Positions 24,774 through 32,025 of a DNA stretch of 32,025 nucleotides are shown here, piece after piece. Location of the stretch: contig NC_068993.1 in NCBI RefSeq assembly GCF_001194135.2, positions 37,858,018 to 37,890,042 on the forward strand, in the 5' to 3' direction. The position numbers were made by a program, and so were the translations under genes. Every line of letters starts with the position of its first letter. Position 1 is the stretch's first letter. The notes beneath the pieces are model-generated. The model ran no database searches. It was given only the letters and a program-made list of their open reading frames with translations, and was not told the origin of the DNA. This DNA comes from Octopus bimaculoides (taxonomy: Eukaryota).

Positions 24774-25007
24774 GAGGGTGGGGGTGGATTAAGGTGTAAA
24801 GAGACTAAAGATGGACAAGCAAGATTTTATTTCGCTATTTTCATATTTTGGTAAAAGAATGCATTGAAACATTTGTAACATTTTCTGAAAGTCTGACACA
24901 ATATTCTACGCCATTTACTTCTTCCTCCCTCCCATCCCCCTCCTCTATTTTCATTCGTTCATTTGCCTTATTTCATTGTTACTATCATTATTATTATTAT
25001 TATTATT

Positions 25008-25043
<36 letters not shown>

Positions 25044-25779
25044 ATTATTATTATTATGCTTGGTCATTGATTCTCATCGCTTTACGTGCTTCCAAACATT
25101 CTCTGATTTGCATATTAAACGTTATGCCTCATGTAGACCGATGCACGGTAACATCCGGTTGGAGTGAGGTGGGGCGCGGTGGTGGACGATTGGGGGGGAT
25201 GAGTGGATGGGGAGATGGGGAGAAGGGATAAACGTAACAAACAAATACAAACATAAAAAACCCAAATACGCAAAAATTTTTTATATAACGTAAAAGAAAA
25301 AAGCCCAACCAAGATTACTANNNNNNNNNNNNNNNNNNNNNNNNNNNNNNNNNNNNNNNNNNNNNNNNNNNNNNNNNNNNNNNNNNNNNNNNNNNNNNNN
25401 NNNNNNNNNNNNNNNNNNNNNNNNNNNNNNNNNNNNNNNNNNNNNNNNNNNNNNNNNNNNNNNNNNNNNNNNNNNNNNCCCACGAAATAAAACAAACCTA
25501 AAACAGAACCCACCACGACCACCACCATGACCACCGCCACCACCACGACCACCGCCACCACCGACAACAATGAAACTGCAATCATTTTATTGTTATTGTG
25601 TTAGTTTTTGGTTACTTTGTTGATGTCCTTTTCGCTATCCATAATACTGCCGATGTGTTTGTTGCAATTATTATAGCCACACCATCATCATCATCATCCT
25701 TCTTCTTCTTCTTCTTCTTCTTCTTCTTCATTATTATTATTATTATTGAGTCTCTCATAGCGTGAGGCATTCATGTATA

Positions 25780-25825
<46 letters not shown>

Positions 25826-25834
25826 TTTATTCTT

Positions 25835-25951
25835 TTACTTGTTTCTGTCATTGGACTACAGCCATACTGGAGCACCGCCTTTAGACGAACAATTCGACCC
25901 CAGGTCTTATTCTTTGTACGCCTAGTAATTATTCTATCGGTCTCTTTTGCC
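25835..25951 (-). mobile_element. 3' part of second octopus SINE type
   Basis: Homologous to 6655-6812 and truncated at a (TA)n tract. Confidence 0.75.
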
Positions 25952-25990
25952 ATATATATATATATATATACATACATACATATACATATT

Positions 25991-26115
25991 GCCTTATCTT
26001 CGAAACGTCTAGTTAGAATAGAGGCAGCTGACGAAGGATTAATTCCAAGTGGCTATCTGTTTTCCTATGTGTTCGGTGCGTGGTCTGTAGTTCATTGTTC
26101 TAACGTCCTGTACCC
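25991..26115 (+). mobile_element. Short element with permuted hammerhead-like core, copy A
   Basis: CTTC-GAAAC-GTCTA-GTT-N13-CTGACGA-AGG, ending ACGTCCTGTACCC like 29714-30001. Confidence 0.5.
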
Positions 26116-26393
26116 TGATATGCATCTATATACACATGTAGATGTAAGTATGTACATATATGTGTGTATACATGCATATATATTCTTTGTATTATATACA
26201 TATATATTCGGTGTATGCAAATGAAGTAGTGTTAATTGAAAATAGCCATATATAGAGAATATATACTGTATATACACCCTTGACAACCAAAAGCAGAGCG
26301 GTTTTCTTCAGGGACAAAATCCTGTATAGATGTTATATATTTAAAAAATACAATTTATACGAGAGGAAGAGACAGGCCGACACATGTATATAT

Positions 26394-26592
26394 CGGTGAC
26401 AGAATCCTCAAAAGCTTTGTGCTTTTCGTTCCGGCTCTTTACGTCCTGTGTTCAAATCCCGCTGAGGTCAACTTTGCCTTTCATTCCCCAGTCGATAAAA
26501 CAAAGTACCAGTCAAGTACTCTGGACGACAGAATCGACAAACACCCATTTTCCCCATCGAAAACATTGTTAGCCCTATCACTAAATCAGAAA
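26394..26592 (+). mobile_element. Diverged tRNA-derived SINE
   Basis: GTGACAGAATC...GTGTTCAAATCCCGCTGAGGTCAACTTTGCCTTTCAT...GTCGATAAAA..AAGTACCAG, same family as 5988. Confidence 0.75.
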
Positions 26593-26803
26593 CAATTATT
26601 ATTATTATTATTCCCAACTCTTCCACCAGCACTATTATCATCAACATGATCATTAAAAGACTTGTCATCATTGTTATTAACACTATCTCTTGCTCTTAAC
26701 GTTATAGTCCTCATTAATATTGGTATTCTTCATTATCATTCATCGATCGATCGATCGATTCCTCGAAGTTAGTGGTTCTCGACGTCACTGTCACCACTGC
26801 CCC

Positions 26804-26838
<35 letters not shown>

Positions 26839-27124
26839 ACAACAATTAACAATGATTCATTTTTTTACCGCGTGCGCTATGATATTAAGGCTAAAATGTG
26901 GGGAACAGTTTTGGCTGAGTTTCCCATGACGAGGGTGATGATGATGAGGAACACGACGGCGATAATGAGATGACAAGCTGATGATGATGATGATGATAAT
27001 AAGGATGATGAAATATGTCAATTAAAAAAGACCTAATCGTTCACTTAAAAAAAAATGTGAAAACTAACAGCTTCATAGATTTTCTTTTTATTTCTTTTGA
27101 TAACAATAATAATTCATTTTAATC

Positions 27125-27158
<34 letters not shown>

Positions 27159-28140
27159 TATTATTATAATAATTATTATTATTTAATAAATTTTATTTAC
27201 TTATTTATGTCATACTGGAACATACTCAGTGAGTTTCAAGCAAGTGTACACCCACACGCTTGCCTTACCTACCTACATATCCAATCAAATGATTCGGCCT
27301 TGTGTCAAGTGAAAAAGAAATCGCCATTATCTTCATCATTATCATCTCTTTGTAAATATTATATTATAGTATTACATTATATCATATTATTTTATATTAT
27401 ATTTTATTATGTTGTATTATATTGTTATTTCATTGTAAATGGCCGCCATCAATGTCGAAAGAGAACCAGATGCAAGACAGTAATTATTATCTCTTATGTA
27501 ATAGCATTAACAGTGGAGATGTTTCTTCAATAAAAAAGAGTAATGTAAAAAAAAAAGGGGGGGAAACGAGATGAGACGAATCGAAAATGAAATAAACTAA
27601 GCGAAACGAAACGTAACTTAACGAAACGAAACGTTATTGTTTAACCCCCAAATCAACACTGATTAAGTAGAACTATGGTGAAAGGCGTTCCACTTGTAAT
27701 CACCATGTATTATTTTCAGACAAAATATATCTAGGATTACATCATCCAATCTGTCTTTCCTTTATGTTATTTCTAAAACAGTAAAACATGATTTTAAGTA
27801 AGATTTGGCTGTTATTTCTAAACACTACGTTGTTCGCTTGAAGTTACATGGTACGTTTTTCAAAAATATTTTTTAAGGTATTTATAAAAATATTTATCCC
27901 AAAAGGGCACGAAAGCGCACAAGATTGGAGCCATTCTATCTTCCATCAATCATGGTGGACAATGCATGCCTGGCAGGGAATAATCATAGAATGGTCTTTA
28001 AAAGACTAAAAGAAGAAAAAAAAACAGAAAAAAAAACAGAATCCGGTGAAAAGAACAGAAATTCGTCACAAAAATTGAGATTTGTTAAACGAGGAAATAA
28101 TGCGACTACAGACTGAGATTTGACAGAAGATGGGGGAGAA

Positions 28141-28174
<34 letters not shown>

Positions 28175-28176
<2 letters not shown>

Positions 28177-28236
28177 GGCGGCGAGCTGGTAGAAAGAATC
28201 GTTAGCACGCTGAACGAAATGCTGAGCGGTATTTCG
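28175..28236 (+). mobile_element. SINE 5' head fragment
   Basis: AAGGCGGCGAGCTGGTAGAA..AATCGTTAGCACGC..ACGAAATGCTGAGCGGTATTTCG follows a (TAT)n tract. No B box. Confidence 0.75.
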
Positions 28237-29713
28237 CCTTTTTTTTTTAATATATATATTAGCTTAAAAGCCCGATAAGGCTCCTGTGAAAGGCTCTTCA
28301 TTGGGTCTTGGGCCCAACAATGTCACTTCATGCACTGAGTACATATTAGATTTTATTAAATTTGACCAATATTTTTCAAGCAACGAACAGTTTTCATCAA
28401 AACAATGATATAATTTGTCGACTTGGAACTTATTGCAAAGCTACATGATAAACAACAGTACCACCACCACCATCGCCACCACTTCATTCAGACTTCTTTA
28501 CCACCACCATCGCCATGCACACTTCATTCAGACTTCTGACGCCACCACAATCAATAACTTTGATTTCGCCGCCTTCCCCACCACAACCACCACCACCATT
28601 ACCATTATCTTTCACATCGCTTACTCTCACTGTCATACCTGACCGCCTCGGCTACCACTATCACCACCATCATCACCGCCGCCTCCGCCTCTATCACAAC
28701 TACAGCTCTCGTTCAGCATGTTAGTTCAGTATTCAGTCACTCTTTCTCTCTCTCTTATTATTACTCTCACTGCCACCATCAATACTACTACTTTTAATAA
28801 AACATCATCAACTCTCCCTAAATTTCTTTGTCTCTCTTTCTCCCCCACTCTTTTTCTTTCTCCCTCTCTCTCTGTCTTCACCACCGCCCTCACCGTCTCT
28901 ATGCCTACTATTACTCTCACCCCAACATGAGCAATAGTAGAAGTGTCAGTGAATAGTGAGAGAGGGGGTCAAAGTGTGACACACTGAAACACAGAAATTA
29001 GTTTTCACATTTATTATATATANNNNNNNNNNNNNNNNNNNNNNNNNNNNNNNNNNNNNNNNNNNNNNNNNNNNNNNNNNNNNNNNNNNNNNNNNNNNNN
29101 NNNNNNNNNNNNNNNNNNNNNNNNNNNNNNNNNNNNNNNNNNNNNNNNNNNNNNNNNNNNNNNNNNNNNNNNNNNNNNNNNNNNNNNNNNNNNNNNNNNN
29201 NNNNNNNNNNNNNNNNNNNNNNNNNNNNNNNNNNNNNNNNNNNNNNNNNNNNNNNNNNNNNNNNNNNNNNNNNNNNNNNNNNNNNNNNNNNNNNNNNNNN
29301 NNNNNNNNNNNNNNNNNNNNNNNNNNNNNNNNNNNNNNNNNNNNNNNNNNNNNNNNNNNNNNNNNNNNNNNNNNNNNNNNNNNNNNNNNNNNNNNNNNNN
29401 NNNNNNNNNNNNNNNNNNNNNNNNNNNNNNNNNNNNNNNNNNNNNNNNNNNNNNNNNNNNNNNNNNNNNNNNTATATATATATACGCACACATATAAACC
29501 TTACATATGTACCATAAATATATATATATATAGGTGAGTGTGTGTATATCTATATATACGTGTGTGTGTGTGTAAGTAAGTATAAACACGAGCACATACA
29601 TAAACAGGAAAAGCACCATTACGTATGTACTCATATATGTATGTGAACATACACACACACACTGATATATTTATACATGTATATCTATACATATATATAC
29701 ATTATATATATAT

Positions 29714-30001
29714 TGTCCGGTTTCTGTTACCACTTTAACCCTCCGCAATAAAATTCCAAATTTTATTTAATTTGCTTTGCGGGAAGGACTGTTTTAACGA
29801 AGTCACGTCGTGTCCCTACCTTCGAAACGCAAAGTCGATAAAACAGGGGACAACTGATGAAGGGATTGTTCTTTATGTTGCCTGTCTCGTTTCTCTATTC
29901 GTTTCTTTCGTTGATCGAAAAAAAGTTCGTTTTCCATGCTTTTGTTTTTTATGTTCTCGTTTCTCATTTTGTTCACGTTTTTTTTTTGACGTCCTGTACC
30001 C
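29714..30001 (+). mobile_element. Non-autonomous (possibly Penelope-like) element with permuted hammerhead-like core, copy B
   Basis: CCTTC-GAAAC-GCAAA-GTC-N17-CTGATGA-AGGG at 29819-29864, then a T-rich segment ending ACGTCCTGTACCC. It is embedded in TA-rich microsatellite. Confidence 0.55.
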
Positions 30002-30836
30002 ATATATCCATGTATATATACATGTATGTAGGCATGTATATGTGTATATATGCATATATATATATATTATTTATATTATTATATATACACACCTATATAT
30101 ACATACATACATGCACAGACGTATATAAAGTAGTGAGTAATGCCTTTCAATGACTGTATAGCAGTTATATTCATTAGATTTATCCAAGTTTCAACAGCTT
30201 TCTCAGTTTGAAATATAAGGCATATTAAGAACTTGTTGCATGTCCAAGAATGGCGAGGTGCCAAAGGTTCAAGATATGAGACGAACAGGGGACTAGAAGC
30301 TAGAATGGTGATCAAGTCCAAATTTAACTGCTAATGAAGTGAAAACACATACGCTATTTCATAAGTGCACACACGTATATATTTATATAAGTATGTATAT
30401 ATGTATGCATATATATATATATAGCACACGCTCATGCATGTAATATATATCAACGTGTTAGCATCAAATATATACATAAAGATGTCGTGTACATATGTGT
30501 GTATGTGCGTATAGTATGTATATATGCGCGCGCACATACACACACATATATATGGTATAATTAAACATTGATAAATTTATATGATATAATGTGATATATA
30601 AATATATATGACGCTATAGAAAACACACTCACACGGATATGATATAAGATGCAGCATATCATACACGCATACGTAGTTATATTAGTTATATATATATATA
30701 TACACACACGACACGTATGTGCGTGTGCATAGATACATGTGTGCTTAGATATTCGTTTACATTCAATAGTTGCAACTATATACATACATACATACATATA
30801 TATACATACATACATACATACATACAAACATACATA

Positions 30837-30916
<80 letters not shown>

Positions 30917-31095
30917 CATACATACATACACACACACACGCNNNNNNNNNNNNNNNNNNNNNNNNNNNNNNNNNNNNNNNNNNNNNNNNNNNNNNNNNNN
31001 NNNNNNNNNNNNNNNNNNNNNNNNNNNNNNNNNNNNNNNNNNNNNNNNNNNNNNNNNNNNNNNNNNNNNNNNNNNNNNNNNNNNNNNNNNNNNNN

Positions 31096-31148
<53 letters not shown>

Positions 31149-31794
31149 CATACATACATACACACACACACGCGCGCACATGTCACACACAATGTTCACT
31201 TCGACATTCATCTTTGGTTGAACTGTAAAACCTATAAAACTATAGACACACGCAGCAAGTTGGGAAAGAACAAGGATTAATAACAGGTAAATCTTTGCTG
31301 CAGGTGTGTAAAAATTTTCTCTATGAAACATGCATCAATTAAAACTACACGTCAGAGCGATAAAAAAATATATAATATATCGCATGACATGCATAGTTAT
31401 GGAACACGTTCGCGTATCATTTAGAAAATCTATAATTGACGATATTTTCTGATCTATATCAGAGGAAAACATTAATATCATGTTTTCTGATGATTTATAG
31501 GAGAAAACGAAATATGAAAAATAGTTCGTTTTTTATACGTTTGAAGGTGTAGAATGCAATGTTGCTTTTTCTCATTTCACCCATACACACACTCTCTCTG
31601 TGTAGATATATAAATGTACGAAAAATGTATGTATGTTTAAATATGTTTGTGTATATGTATATATACGTGAGTATGTTTGTATGTATACATAAGTGTGTGT
31701 GCGTAGAAGTATGTCACATTCACATGCCAGATATATTTCTTTCCATCAAATTACATAAAAACGTTAAACAAACGCACACGTATAGGTAAGTTAC

Positions 31795-31838
<44 letters not shown>

Positions 31839-31982
31839 TTCTGTGTGTGTGTGTGTTTGTGTGTATGTAAGTATATATATACATATGTATATATATATAT
31901 AATACACACACAAGAACACTTTGAAGTCGCCTAGAATACAATTACATAACGGATCAGATTCCCGAATGCCCAATACGTTAAT

Positions 31983-32025
<43 letters not shown>

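Noticed and set aside
26742-26759. Self-complementary (ATCG)n tract
   Set aside because: Only about 4.5 units; an ordinary short microsatellite.
28175-28250. SINE head followed by a T-run as a stand-alone Pol III small RNA gene
   Set aside because: It lacks a B box, so a type 2 promoter is incomplete.
30860-31180. Direct repeat (TA)n-CACATACATACATACATACACACACACACGC on both sides of a gap
   Set aside because: Most likely an unmerged contig overlap (assembly artefact), not a real duplication.

Overview
This is eukaryotic, AT-rich, microsatellite-saturated DNA with about 3.8 kb of N gaps. Its SINE repertoire looks like octopus; O. bimaculoides-like is my inference. I can support only one host coding exon: minus strand, 19544-20102, ATG at 20098. 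It encodes the N-terminal 185 aa of a SoxD (Sox5/Sox6/EGL-13-like) transcription factor, with MSSKRKNTPTKL and the start of the SoxD coiled coil. The HMG box is not in the window, so the rest is probably intron. The intronic space holds many tRNA-derived SINEs (including a recurring dimeric form), a mariner deletion derivative, a hAT transposase remnant, a hAT MITE with target-site duplication (TSD), a tRNA-Gln(CTG) pseudogene and a possible solo LTR. It also holds two inverted copies of an asymmetric hairpin element. The most unusual signal is a pair of diverged elements (~26.0 kb and ~29.8 kb) that both keep hammerhead-ribozyme core motifs in permuted order (GAAAC...GUH...CUGANGA); stem I is weak, so this is a candidate only. 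Nearly all other listed ORFs are microsatellite or gap artefacts. No searches or folding were run; family names come from motif recognition.
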